This document shows positions 44,820 through 63,430 of a stretch of DNA of 64,000 nt, piece after piece (within the stretch, counting starts at the first letter, position 1; every line of letters begins with the position of its first letter). The stretch lies in assembly GCF_009914755.1 (NCBI RefSeq), contig NC_060929.1; one strand, 5' to 3'. A program made the translations under genes and the position numbers. The notes beneath the pieces were generated by a model. It was not told the origin of the DNA. It worked only from the letters and a program-made list of their open reading frames with translations, and made no database searches. This DNA is from the human T2T-CHM13v2.0 reference genome, Homo sapiens.

Positions 44820-46597
44820 TAAGGAGACTTCAAAAAGTTTGTGGAAAACTGGTATTAAAAGATAAAACATATAAGATTTCTTTCTTGACATAAGCTCTGT
44901 CACTTTCAAGACAGTTTAGTAAGTGATGATACCAGCCATTTAATCTATCAATCACTAAAGAACTGAGCGTCCTGGGAATTTAACCATGTCAGTGCAGTAT
45001 CTTACATATATAAAGTTAACTGAGGAAAAATGGATACCTTTCCAGATTTTTTAAGATTGGGAAACCAAAAGAAGTTAGAATGAGCCAAATCAGGATTGTA
45101 AGGTAGATGCCTAATGATTTTCCATTGAAACTCTCTAAAAAAAAAATTACCCTGGTTTGCAGGAGCATTGTCACGGAGAAGGACTCTCAGGTGAAGCTTT
45201 TCCAGATGTCTTTCCGCTAAAGCTTCAGTTAAGTTTCTCAAATTATTCTCATAATAAACAGATGTTATTGTTCTTTGGTCCTCCATAAAGTCAACAAGCA
45301 AAAGGCTTTAAGAATCCTAAAAAACTCTTGCTGTGAACTTTGCTCTTGACTGGTCTGCTTTTGCTTTGATTGGACCCTTTCCACTTCTTGGTAGCCATTG
45401 CTTTGATTGTGCTTTGTCTTTGGGATTGTGCTGGTAAAGCCGTGTTGCATCTCCTGTTACAATTGTTTGAGGAAATGCTTCAGGATCTTGATCCGATCTG
45501 TTTAAAATTTTCATAGAAAGCTCTGCTCTTGTCTGCAGCTGATCTGGGCACAACAGTTTTGGCACCCATCAAGTGGAAAGTTTGCTCAACTTTAATTTTT
45601 TAGTCAGAATTGTGTAAGCTGACCCAGTTGAGAAGTCTATGCTGTTGGCTTGTTTTTGGTGCTGTTAATTGTTGATCCACTTCAATTAGTGCATGAACAG
45701 GATGATTTTTTCTCTTGCAATCTGATGTAAATAGCCCACCGCTACAGATTTCATCTTCAACATTATCTTGTCCTTTCTTAAAATAAGTTATCCATTTGTA
45801 GACTGATGATTTATTTGAGGCATTGTCCCCATAAACTTTTCATAAAGGCTCAATGATTTCACCATTCTTCCACCCAAGCATCACCATAAATTTGGTGTTT
45901 GTTCTTGCTTCAATTTTAGCAGAATTCAGGTTCCTCTGCCAGGAGCTCTTTTCAAACTGATATCTTATCCTTTTTAGTTCCTCAAACTAGACCTTGTTCA
46001 GGCATGTTACGATAAGTTAGTATAAGTTTATTTTGGTGCAAACAATTTTTTGATTTAATGCACAGTTTTTCTTTTATGTATCTATTTATTTTTATTTTAA
46101 GTTCTGGGATACATGTGCAGAACGTGCAGGTTTGTTACACAGGTATACCTGTGTTATGGTGGTTTGCTGCACCCATCAACCCATCATCCAGGTTTTAAGC
46201 CCTGCATGCATTACATATTTGTCCTAGTGCTCTTCCTCCCCTTACCCTCGACCACCCAGCAGGCCCTGGTGCATTATGTTCCCCTCCCTGTGTCCATGTG
46301 TTCTCACTGTTCAACTCCCACTTGTGAGTGAGAACATGTGGTGTGTGGTTTTCTGTTCATGTGTTAGTTTGCTGAGAATGATGGTTCCAGCTTCATCCAT
46401 GTCCCTGCAAAGGGCATGAACTCATTCTTTTTTATGGCTGCATAGTATTCCATGGGTATATGTGCCACATTTTCTTTATCCAGTCTATCATTGATGGGTA
46501 TTTGGGTTGGTTCCAATTCTTTGCTATTGTAAATAGTGCTGCAATAAACAGTTTTTCATAATACACATTTTTCCTGAACTTTTTGAAGTCCCCCTCA
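44820..46597 (-). mobile_element. Full-length HSMAR2 mariner transposon (decayed transposase), interrupted by an L1 3' end
   Basis: TIRs ta|taaggagacttcaaaaagtttgtggaaaa and ttttcctgaactttttgaagtccccctca|ta; peptides PKLL, IVTGD, DNAPA, YNPDLAHSNF (mariner DD34D-type motifs). Confidence 0.92.
46072..46547 (-). mobile_element. Short L1PA8-like 3' end inside HSMAR2
   Basis: ttttaagttctgggatacatgtgcagaacg...caggttttaagccctgcatgcatta; TSD acagtttttc at 46062 and 46548. Confidence 0.9.
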
Positions 46598-47419
46598 TAT
46601 TATTTTTAGTAAATGTATCTCTATGGCTTTATTTTTATTTGCAGATAGCTTGCAAAGTATTCTAAGCTGATGTTCTTGTTTTTTAGCAAAATAGTTCTCC
46701 AAATAGAGAGCGATAGTTTTCTAATCTTTAATCTGAAATTTCTAGGTGATTATTTATGGTACTACAATTAAGTGACTCAAACTTTACAATTAGACCTCAT
46801 TATTTATTATCTCATAACCTAATAACATTTTTATATTACTGAGAGCTGCTTATGTTGTTAATGACTCATTAGCATGACTCCACTTGCAATGGGAATGCAA
46901 ACCAGGTACTTCCAAAAGTCACTAATACCCAGTTTTGATTCTGTGGAGGGCAACAAAGCAGGAGTCAAAATAAATGGAGAAGAATGAGAAAGACATTTTT
47001 TTTCCAGAAGAATGCTAGTTTAGACATAACATAGATGTAAAAATTTTCCCAATTTTAATTTTTCTAGCATGCTTACTTTGAAAGATTACATTATGGATAA
47101 CATTCCCTTGAATTGAGTGGTTAAGTTTATAGCCACAAAATAGCCAAATTTGCATAGCTTTGCTTTCAGATATTTCATTTACTACATGGAATTATTGCAA
47201 GCAAGTTTACTTGGCCATCCCTTAGCTCTAGTAGAAAGTAAATATGCTTTATGTATTACGTATGTTATATGTAACTAGCAATCATTCAGCTTTGTGTGGA
47301 TTTTATTTCTCTTTCCCAGCTGTAAATTTGAAATGTTAAAACCTCAAGGTCACATTCAAAAGTGAATGAATGAGAATCCTAATGACAATGCAAACTCAAT
47401 ATGCCTAAATGTAATGATA

Positions 47420-47605
47420 GTTAAAACTAATTTCATGCTTATACTATACCAGGCCATGGTAAGTACTTTACATATATCACTTTATGTAAACCTTTCACAA
47501 CTCCTGTGGTGGCATTTTATTCTCCATATTTTCACAGATAAACTGAGATTTTGAGTATTCCAAGGTCATGAAACTAGGATATAGAGATCAAGAATTACAC
47601 TGAAA
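47420..47605 (-). mobile_element. MIR relic
   Basis: aagtactttacatatatc...ttcacaactcctgtg...ttttcacagataaactgag...ccaaggtca. Confidence 0.7.
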
Positions 47606-48211
47606 TCTTTCACTAAATTACTAATTGTCCCCTATATTGACATCCAAACTCTGGCCTAAATAAAATCCTGTAAATTGTTGGTCAATAAATGAAATAAAAT
47701 AATGAATTTGGCAAGGATAGAACTGTGACTGTCCCTTGGCAAAAGGCAGCTGCAACCCAGAAATCAAATCAAAAGGAGCTTTAATGGAGTCTGTAGCTTA
47801 CAAAAAGCCCCTTGTCTTCTACCTTAACTTTCCACAAGTTAGAAGGTAAGTCTAACCTTATCACATATTTTTCACAATTATATTTGTGAAAGGAAGCCAC
47901 TCTCATTGCCTTTCCTTTGGATTTCTCTTTATAAGCAGCTCTAGTTGTCTTCTTCGTGGATGTGGTGACAGTTTCCCTGTAGACAGCACAAATGAAATTC
48001 CACTATAATCCCCAATCCAGATCCCACTGCCCTTAGTAGGTTAGCTGGTATATACTGCAGACTTGCAAGAAAAATGGCCATTGCATGTAAAAATAGATTT
48101 GTTCAAAGAAAAATCAATATACAGATATTTGACAAGAGGCAAAGGACACTGACACCAATTTCCTTTTGAAATATGTCTTATTCTTTCTCAGTTTTTCCTT
48201 CCAGGGTTCTT

Positions 48212-48654
48212 TTGTGTAACAGATGGTATTCCATGGACACTCACCATTTAATCCTCTACGTGATAACTTCCAATGGCAAGCCCCTGAGACTCTTTGGAAG
48301 GCCTTTCTCTGCCACCAGAGACCATTCAACCTATAGGACAGATGGGAAAATTCGAAAAGTTACTGTCCCTTGGGAGCAGCCTACTAGTGACTCAAAGGTG
48401 TTGGGGATATATAGCCCAGCTGGCCTACCTCTCTACTGGCATAACTCTAGTCATATTCTATCTTGTCTCCCAGAGTTCCCAGTGGGTCTGAACTCGATTC
48501 ACCCATAGAAATAACCTCTATGCTAAAGCACTTTCATTTGCTTCTCTCCCCTCTTTGTCTCATTTTCCCACATGTGGCATCACCTCACAAATAAACTAAG
48601 TATATCCAAATCTCTATCTCAGGGTTTACTTCTGGGGAAACCCAACCTGAGACA
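48212..48654 (+). mobile_element. ERV-L solo LTR (LTR16-like)
   Basis: tgtgtaacagatgg...cccagagttcccagtggg...aaataaact...tctcagggtttacttctggggaaacccaacctgagaca. Confidence 0.75.
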
Positions 48655-49000
48655 TCTAGATGTTATCAAGGCAGCCTTAAAATCCCCCTCCTGCTATGAC
48701 CCTGCTAAGAAGCACAGAGGAGGGCTCCCTGACTTCAGGAGGGCAAGAAAGACTCCCAGAGAAAAATAAACAAAATTTAAGCTGAATCCCAAGAAGGAGC
48801 TATGAACTAGTTAAAAGAGAAATAGAGGCAGGGAGTTGGGAAGCTTGGACACTGTAAGTGGTAGAGTCCATGTATGAAAAGGTCTGAAATTTGGAAAGGC
48901 CCATGGTAAGTATGGGCAAAGGAAAGCTCCCTGCCTCTATTCCTCTTTTAATACATGGAGGATTTTAAGGCTGCCTTGATAATATCCAACAGCCTGGAAC

Positions 49001-49344
49001 CCAGAGCTGTTGACCCCAAACTGTGCACCAAGGCATCCTGGAGCACTGTAGCAAACTCACATGGACATCACAGGATATTTAAATTCTGTGTAGGCAATGC
49101 AATGATGCTCTACATGTATCTATAATGAGGATTACTTAAGAAAAAATTAAAATACTTTTCCTTCAGTTTATATGAATTACATCTTTACTGGCTACTAAGT
49201 TGCTAGGATATAAATGCTCATTATATTGTTTGGACTTCACTATGTAGTAGAGGGAACTGTTAGGCAATTCTTTGTACCTAGGGATAACATGAACATATTG
49301 AGATTCTAAGGATTCTGTTAACTGAGGACGTTTTGGAACCTCTG
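49001..49344. mobile_element. hAT-Charlie-type MITE within an L2 relic (L2 ~48690-48920 and ~49350-49590)
   Basis: Termini cagagctgttgaccccaaact / ttttggaacctctg resemble Charlie TIRs. Confidence 0.55.
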
Positions 49345-49661
49345 GCCTAGAATAAGGAAGGGATATGAGTGGCCAGAAATAAAGCTGGAGAGGTAAACCG
49401 CAGACAGGTTTGAGGAGTCTAAGTTTTGTCCTGAAGGTGACAGGGAACCTCTGAAGGAACAGGAAGTAACATGTTCAAAGTCTACAGTCGAGAATCAATT
49501 AGGACAAGAAATGGGGGAAGAAGGGGAGGGATCTATGGCACAGACAGGTGGAGGCAGGGAGAGCCACATGAACTCTTTAACAGCTTTAGCAATAATATAG
49601 CTGTATGAATTTTCAATTGCTGCTATAACTTCCACCAACTTGGTTGCTTAAAACAACATGA

Positions 49662-54056
<4,395 letters not shown>

Positions 54057-54160
54057 TGAAAGAAAGAAAGAGGAAAGAAAGAAAGAAGAAAGTAAAGAAA
54101 AGAAAGAAAGAAAGAAAGAAAAAGAAAGAAAGAAAGAAAGAAAGAAAGAAAACAAAAACA
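54057..54160 (+). repeat. (GAAA)n microsatellite replacing the L1 poly(A) tail
   Basis: ~100 bp of gaaa repeats between the L1 3' end and the TSD. Confidence 0.95.
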
Positions 54161-55141
54161 AAATACCACGAATTTATCATCTTATAATGATGTTGTTTAG
54201 AAGTTTGATGTGGGTCTCACTGCACTCAAATCAAGGTATCCAGAGGGCTGCATTCCTTTCTGGAGGTTCCAGGGGGAATCTATTTCTGTGCCATTTGCAT
54301 ATTTTAGAGGCCATTGAGATGCTTTGGCTCATTGACCTTACTCCATGTTCACATCCGGTAACTTTACATGTCTCCATCTTTTCTCCCTGCTAACATTGCC
54401 CTCTGATCACAGCTCAGAAACAATTTCTGTGATTACAGTAAGCAGGCCTGGAAATGCCAGATAATCTCCCCATCTCAAGGTCCTTAACCTTATTCACATC
54501 TGCAAAGTTCCTTTTGCCACGTAAGGTAACATTTACAGGTTGTGGAGATTAGGCTGTGAACATCTTGGGAGGCTATATTCTGCCTACCACTGTTTTTGTT
54601 CAGAAACACTTTCCTGAATTTGAGGAGGAACTTACTTAATCCATTTTGCTTTATGCTTACCTACTTCTACATTTGCAGCAATTATTAGGCTATGTCGTCA
54701 TCTTGAGTCTTCCAGAGTGACCTACCCTCCTCTTTTTTGAAATTCACAGTCTTCCCTGCACTACAGGAGGCCAGGTGGCCTTGACTCCATTTGTAGACAG
54801 GTGAACAGAAGAGTTATCCCATTATGTGGTCTTCTCCACCCATTAATGTCCCTGCCAAACTGCCTGAAGTCAGTGCACCTACTTCCCACTGATGCAGGAG
54901 CTGGCAGGACATCCTGCCTTAACTTACTCTCATTGCATAGTGGTACATCTAATAGCCAGATGGTGTACCTAATGATCAGAATACCTTGGAGTCCCAATTG
55001 TAAGTGCTTAATGTGGTCAGTCTCACTCAAGGTGAAGCCTTGGTCATAGATATTCCAGAATTATTCTCACTATGAGAGTTGCTTCCATTCTAAGAGAGCT
55101 CCAAGTCAGAAGAAGTCAGACTCTGAGGCATTTGATAAGTA

Positions 55142-55493
55142 CAATAGTTCCCCTTTATCCTCAAGGGGTTTATTTCAAGACCCCAGTGGATGCCCAGAAG
55201 TATGGTTAGTACTGAGCCCTATATATACTATGTTTTCTCAGTCTGATAACTGAGAGGGCTACTGAGTGACTAATGAGCAGGTAGCATATATAGTGTGGAT
55301 ACTCTGGACAGAATGGATGATTCACGTCCTGGGCGGAACGGAGCAAGAGGGTGAGATTTCATCATGAATTCAGAATGGCACTTAGTTTAGAACTTATGAA
55401 TTGTATATTGCTGGAATTTTCTACTGAGTATTTTTGGACTGCAGATAACTGAAATAGTGGAGAGCAAAGCCATGGATATGAGGAAAATACTCT
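55142..55493 (+). mobile_element. MER44A-like (Tigger7) MITE
   Basis: tacaatagttcccctttatcc...ttcaagaccccagtggatgcc...ctgataactgagagggctact...gcaaagccatggatatgagg. Confidence 0.82.
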
Positions 55494-57169
55494 ATATTGA
55501 GTTTTGAGCCTACACACTTTGAGGGAAGCAGTTAATACATTTAGTAATGATAGAAAAAGAAAGATTGTAAGATTTGAAACCATTTTGAGGTGGCGAAGAG
55601 CCACCTGGGGTTTCTGCTATGGGAGCATGACCCACTCACCACTTCCTAGTCACCATTTCATTTTAGATATGGGGGCTCCATGGGCAGAGGCAGTTTTTGA
55701 GGGGCTCTTTCCCAGGATTTTGTTCACATAATTTGACATGGGATAAGCTCAGGGTCAATAGTAACCTATTGGTTTAATCCAAGTAGGTTTAATCGTAATC
55801 CAATAGTAAACTAATCCAAAAACTTAATAACAAAAAATGTGAATTGTTAATGGTTTGTCTAAAATAGAAGACATGTATTTTAAATTTAAATCCTAGCAGG
55901 CTGTTTCTAACACCAATAGCCTACTCTTACTTTCTTGTACACTACATTGACCTTCAGAGCTCTGGTCCAGAGATTCTCTCGGTGAGGGTCTTGGTAGTAA
56001 CATTCCATTGCAGACTCACTAGACAAAGAAAATTGTCTAGTATGCAACACTCCTTGAAAGGAAATAATGAAAGATAAAGAGCTCAAAGGAAGGCAGCCAT
56101 AATAACTGAAGTTTTTTTCTTTTTTTTCTGGAAGGGCTCTATTCTGAAGCACTACAAGAGGAAACAGACTGGAACGGCAAAGCTGAATAGAGAGACCTAT
56201 GGAAGACAGAGAACTACAGAAATCTATTCTTTATATATAAGTTAAGGCAAAACAAATATATCAATTTTACTAAAGCTTTTCAATACTTAGACCCTGACAT
56301 GTGTAAATGTGAATAAACATATATATATACATACAAATATGCACCTTTAAAATAAAATAAGAGTGTAACTTGGTGATGAGAAAAAAGAGAAGCAGTAATA
56401 GCCAAAGTGTGGACTCGGAAGGGAAGAAGAATGAGGTGGAGGCTTTCTTTCTTTTTCTGGCCTCAAGTTTCCATATGGAGAGACTTCATACTGTAGAAAT
56501 ATCTATCTACTACCAATTTGAGATCCTCCCCCAAATCCTTACTCACTCCTTCCTAGGGGAAGAATCATGGTTTATCTGATTCATCATCACACTTTAGAGT
56601 TATTGAACTTTACCACTGATTAACAAATTAATCTGGTGAGCAAATAATCAGAGTAAAATGATACAACATTTAATTAGATGTAAACTACAAGGCATCTGGT
56701 GTCACCTAGGAAAGAAACAGGTGTCAATGGTGACATATTTCAACCCTATTGCACAAATTCAGCAAGAGAACACCCACAATCCACATGTTACTGTGTTTGC
56801 CACACCTACGTTATTATGGGAATCAGGAAATCTGGAGTGACTGGCACTAAGATATTAAATAGAAATCTGGAAGTTACTATCATTTATATTGTCTTCCTAT
56901 GGAATTCTCATATGTGCAGGTAAGTGTCCCAAAGGGAAGAAAATTGTGCTTGGTTTGATGGCTATAATTGACATTGCATAGGGTGATCTACTCAAAAGAC
57001 AATGCAAATTCAATACCAATAAGTTGAGTAATAGGGTAAAAGGACAAACCAAAAGCTTGTACATTTTTATTGTTCTTACTGGATGTATGTACTTATGTAC
57101 ATGTATGAATATGAAAATATTATAAGTAGAGATACTTTAAAATGTGTATCAATGTGTGCACATTCATAT

Positions 57170-57325
57170 TTATAAGATCTATAATATACAAGTATATATT
57201 ATATATACTATATATAAGTATATATTTATATATTATGTAAGTATATATTATATAAGTATATATAATATATAGCTATACATAATATATACTTATTATATTA
57301 TATATTTTATATATTTATATAATAT
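57170..57325. repeat. TA-rich low-complexity repeat
   Basis: Almost pure A/T alternation (tatatattatatatactatatataag...). Confidence 0.9.
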
Positions 57326-59226
57326 CTTTGCCATAAAAAATACATTATGGAAAATTTGAAACACATACAAAAGTAGAGACAATGGTATAATGAATACCCC
57401 ATGTACCGATAACCCAGGTCAACAATTATCTTCTCATTGCTAATTTATTTCTTTTGTACCCCTACCCATTTTCCCCTTTCCCCTTCCTGATTATTTCAAA
57501 ACAAATCCCAGACATGATATTATATCATCTGTAAGTATTCTAGTGTTTGTTTCTAAAAGGCAAGAACCCCACTTTTAAATATAACCACAACACCATCATT
57601 ACATTTCACCCCCTACCTTTCATTATGTGAAGTCAACAATAATTCCTCAATATCACTAAATAGCCAGTCAGGGTTCAAACTTCAGTTGTCATACAAACGT
57701 TGTTGCTTTTTAATAGTTCATCTGCATTGGAATTGAATTGAATTGAAATAGAAAAAGTTCCAGATCTGAGGTTGGCTAAAGGTCTCTTAAGAGCCTTTTA
57801 CTCTACAAGTTCCCTTTCACCTTTTTATTTTTCTTGAAGTTTTTTGTTTGTTTATTTTTGGTTGTTGTTGAGGGAAACAGGTTGCTTGTCCTGTAGTGTT
57901 TCTCATGTCCTGGAATTTAATATTGCATACTCTTAGTCTCATCCAATGTGTTTCTCTCTTATGAACTGACACTTATCTATAGGTTTAATCAAATTAAAAG
58001 TCAATATTTTGGCATGACTTTATTATAGGAGGTATTGTTTACTTCTATCAGGAACTGAATCATATCTACTTGTCTTTCTTTTTTAATGTTAGCAGCTATT
58101 GATATTCATTTTCTGGGTCTATTCATTTAGTATGGGATGTAAAATGATTACACATCTTCTTCATTTGGTAACAAAAACTTTCCCTCATCAAATTGTTTGT
58201 TTACCTTACGATACAATTTGTATGTGAATAAATACTTACTTCCCTTTATCATTTTTTAAAATAGCAAATTGGTGGTGACCAATTTTTTCCTTCTGAATAA
58301 AATCATTAATTCATAAATTTAAGTATATTTGATATACTTTAGTCTGCAAAAGTTATTATCTTTGTTGACATTAATATTGCCCCATCTTTGCATAATGAGA
58401 GCTTACTATTGTTGGTTCCAGGGTCTTTTTGACGTAAATCTAGCAGTCATTGATAGCTTTATATTTTATTACAATAAGATAGTCCAAGCTTGTCCTGTAT
58501 TTCCTAACTCAGAGCTAGTATTGCCTATCTTTCAAAATATTCTTCATTCCTTTTTTATGGAAATGGTATTTACAGACCAAAATCTAGGCCCTCATCACTA
58601 CTGGGTCAATCTTTTGTCTAAGATTTTTTGTGGATTCAGTTAGATAGTACATGTTAATTTAAATACTAATACATGCAAATAAAATTAAGAACTACAGGGT
58701 TTTGACTTAACCTTAACCATCTTGTATTACCTTTCTTCACATCAAAACTTCTAGTATTCAAGGAAGCTAAAATAATCACTCAATAGCTTTATTTATTTAT
58801 ATTATATATAACACTCATAACTGGCCTAAAACTCCCTTTAATAATATGATTGCTGAAAAACAGTTTAAGATTTGTTTACAACTGTGTGTACTTGGGGATG
58901 TACTCTCAAATTACTGTGTTTTAGTCATTTGGAATAGTTTCTATCTTGGTTCCACCAGCTGGGTACACAGATTCATTTTGATACATTTTGCCTTGATGTT
59001 TAGGGCTTACTTTTAAGTTTCAATTTTATTTTATAAATATGTAAAATATGTATGTGGTTCTAAAATCAAATCCATAAAACAACTTATATTCATAAAAGTT
59101 TTACCTCTATTTTTGTCTTTTCCATATAACTCTCTCCCTATTTAGATAACTCTGTTACATCATTACTACTTTGTAATTAAGACACACACATAGGCATATA
59201 CAGGCATTAACTAGCAGCATACTATA

Positions 59227-59572
59227 TGATCTGGTTTGGCTGTGTCCCCACCAGAATCTCATCTTGAATTTCCATGTGTTGTGGGAGGGACCTGGTGGGA
59301 GGTAATTGAATCATGGGGACAGGTATTTCCCAGGCTGTTCTCATGATAGTGAATAAGTCTTACAAGATTTGATGGTTTTAAAAGCAGGAGTTTCCCTGCG
59401 CAAGCTCTCTCTTTGCCTGCTGCCATCCATGTAGATGTGACTTGCTCTACCTTGCCTTCTGCCATGATTGTGGGGCCTCCTCAGTCATGTGGAACTGTTA
59501 AGTCCATTAAACCTCTTTTTCTTCCCAATCTCGGGTATGTACTTATCAGCAGTGTGAAAATGGACTAATACA
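59227..59572 (+). mobile_element. THE1 solo LTR (THE1A-like)
   Basis: tgatctggtttggctgtgtccccacc...gggaggtaattgaatcatgggg...tcttcccaatctcgggtatg...ggactaataca; TSD ctata/ctcta. Confidence 0.92.
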
Positions 59573-59788
59573 CTCTACATACTTTTTCACCTTCCTTTCT
59601 GATTTAACTACATATTCCTGAGATTATTCTATAGTAATATGTAGATATATTAACCTTTTCTATGATAGGTACATAGATTTCTATTGTGTTGATATACCAC
59701 AGTTTCTTCAATCTATCCTTCACTGTTATTTGAACTTTGTTTACAGACATAAAAGATATATTCTAGTCCTTAAAAAAAAGCTATATTT

Positions 59789-60506
<718 letters not shown>

Positions 60507-62359
60507 CTTACTGATTGCCATTTTGGTAGTTTCTAGTCTTCTGCTCTTGGAAACAATGCTGTGATGAAAATCTTTGTAAATACATCATTTTATATATTTT
60601 TTCCAGAGTACTTTGCAGTGGAGTTTTGGAAATGAGATTGCTGGTCAAAGGGTAAATACATAGGTAGTTTTGGAAGACAGTCTCAAATTCCCTTCTATAC
60701 GGGTTTTATTATTTTGCTTTGTGAGCAATAATTTTCAATGTGCCTATTTCCTTACACTTAAAATTTTGCCCATCTGATAGGTGAAAAATTATTTTTCAAT
60801 ATAGTTTTAATTTTAATTATCTCTTATTGGTAAGGCTGACTGTATTTTCATATGGTTAACAGCCATTTGATTTCTTCTGGTCGGGGTACTATCTGTTCAT
60901 ATATTTAGCCCATTTTTCTATGAAGGTAAGTCCCCCTTCCCATCTAGAGTTATTTTTATATTGGAATTATTAATTATTTGAGATATGTTAAATACCCCAG
61001 TTCGTTTTTTGTCTTTTTATTTGCTTATGATGTTTTTTCATTTATTTATTGCCATCCTTAAGACATTTTAAAGTCTTTATTTCTTGAATTCACCAGTGAT
61101 ATATAATCAGTTCATGGAGAAAAGATACTTTTATTAAGAATAAAGCTAACATAGAGGACTTTTTAGACGGTCTTCCAGATTTTTTTATAATGTAATGGTA
61201 TATTATTGGTTTTATGCTTAAAGTTGATTTTGAGGAATTCTGACACAATTCTAAGTTGCATGGCTTATAGCACTCAGAAAGATAAAGGAATCTTTGCTTG
61301 AATTAACACTTTCTCATCAGCCTTTGGTGTATGGATAGAAAGTACCAGATTATCTATTAGTAAGAAACGAATCAGCACTTACACATTTGAAAAATACATT
61401 CACTGTTTAAAATTTACTCAGTTGACATTTAAATATGCCACACATATTCTTTAGCAATTCAACTTTTATCAAACACCAAACATCTATTGTCTGTTGCCTA
61501 TGAACATGTGTCTTCTTCCAAGTGAATTTATCATCTAAAACTGGTCTATTTTACCCAGACCCTACAAGTAATTATCTCTACAAGCTTCAGCAAATGCGCT
61601 TTTAGTTCCTGTCTGTGTAAGATGAGGTGGCTAGAATAAAGTATTCTAAAGCTCATTTCAACTCTAAAATATATTAATCTGCTTCTGTAGTAAGGATCTC
61701 ACATTTCTTAGGAAACCCTTGAATAGATCTTATCTCTTTTCATTTAGACAAAATTAATTTCAGCACCTCTTGGTTGATAGATACAAAAATGGAACTTCAC
61801 ATAGTTCCATTCCCTTTCTGCCATGCAGAGTGAATGGCCTGAGAACACATTTATAACTGAGAGGTAGGGGAGCAGGCTGACTCACCTGCAGGGCCTTGAC
61901 TTCTGTAGATACCCAGCTCCTTCAGGAAGCGCTGAGGAGTGCTCTCATCCTCCCTCCAGGAGGGAAGGAAGACAGGCAAGAGGAGGAGAGGAGGTTCACC
62001 AGATTCCTCCTAAGCTGACATTGTCCCTGATAATTTCTATGGCCCAATTTGGAGCCTCAGCTTCAGTAAATTCTGACAACTCAGGATAAAAGGACCCCAC
62101 CACGTTGTGCTCCCCTATGACCTATTCTTTTCTTTCATGCAAGTTATATTTAAAAACCATGTATTTTATGTTTGTTTATGTGTTTACTGCTTGCCTTTGG
62201 GACAAGATTGTAAGCTCTCTAAGGACAGGGATCAGATATTGTTTTATTTTAAACAAATGCATATGTAATTAATTTTATATTTTAAATTTATTGTTATTGC
62301 ATTTTCCATTTGAATTTATTATTTAATAATTTTAATAAATTGTAATAATGAATGTGATT

Positions 62360-63038
62360 GTAGCTAATTCTCATTATTTGGGGATTCCCTATTTGTGAGT
62401 TTACCTATTCACTAAGATTTATTTGTAACATCCAAATCAATACTCCCAATGCTTAGTAGTCATTGCTGGACATACCATGTGCAGAATGGGGAAAAGCAAA
62501 GTGGCCTGATGTGCACATTCCTGGTTGAGGGTCCCAGCTGAGGTTGAACAAGATGACATTCTCTTATTATTTCAGGTCTCATACTGTAAACAAGTGTACT
62601 TTCTGTGATCTATTTAATGCTACATTTTTCACATTTTTGTGTTTTATTATTGATAGTTTTCTTGCTTAAAATGGCCCTCAGGCATAGTGCTGAAGTGCTA
62701 TCTAGTGTCCTCAAGCACAGGAAGCCTATGACGTGCCTTACAGAGAAAGCACTCATGTTAATAAGCTCCTTTCAGGCATGAGTTCTGTGTGGTTGGCTGT
62801 GAGTTCAATATTAATGAATAGACAATATATGTTTTGCATGGTGTCTTTAAACAGAAACATAAAACATACAACAAGCAACAAGGCTATGTATTGATTATTT
62901 GATTAAAACGTTGTGACCAGAGGCTCCCAGGAACCCAACCCTGTATTTCCTCTCCGTGACAATGATTCAGTATGTGCTAATTCAGTATTCACAGAGACTC
63001 TATAGAACATAACTACTTCAAATAATGAAAATTAACTG
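62360..63038 (+). mobile_element. MER82 (TcMar-Tigger) MITE within an L2 3' end
   Basis: TIR-like tagctaattctcattatttg / caaataatgaaaattaactg; internal cccagctgaggttgaacaag, gtgctgaagtgctatctagtg; flanking L2 gattgtaagctc and aataaatgttt...tgaa. Confidence 0.85.
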
Positions 63039-63269
63039 TGTTTAATTTTTATTTTTCTTTTAAATGAATGAATATCAATGTAATAAATATTTATACCTGT
63101 CATATAGTTGGTTACTAATAAATGTTTATCAAATGAACAATTAAATGAATGTTGATTGTGATCAGAACCGTGATCTTGATAAAAGGGTTTTTTCCCTTTA
63201 ATTAGTGGTTACAGTCAATAGACACTAATGCGTGGGTTGCATTGTGCCATGTGAAAAGGACATATGTCA

Positions 63270-63430
63270 TAGCTTAGCTCTACCATTTACTGGCTGAATT
63301 TCCTCAACCAAATCCTTTAACATTCATGCCTCCATTTTCCTTTTCCCATCCATGAAAGAATGATTATAAGAAACTTGCTTTTGAAGAGCACTATGAGGTT
63401 TTAGCCAAAATCTTTTCATAAATAATTACA
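63270..63430 (+). mobile_element. MIR relic
   Basis: agctctaccatttactggctg...tttaacattcatgcctccattttcc. Confidence 0.6.
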
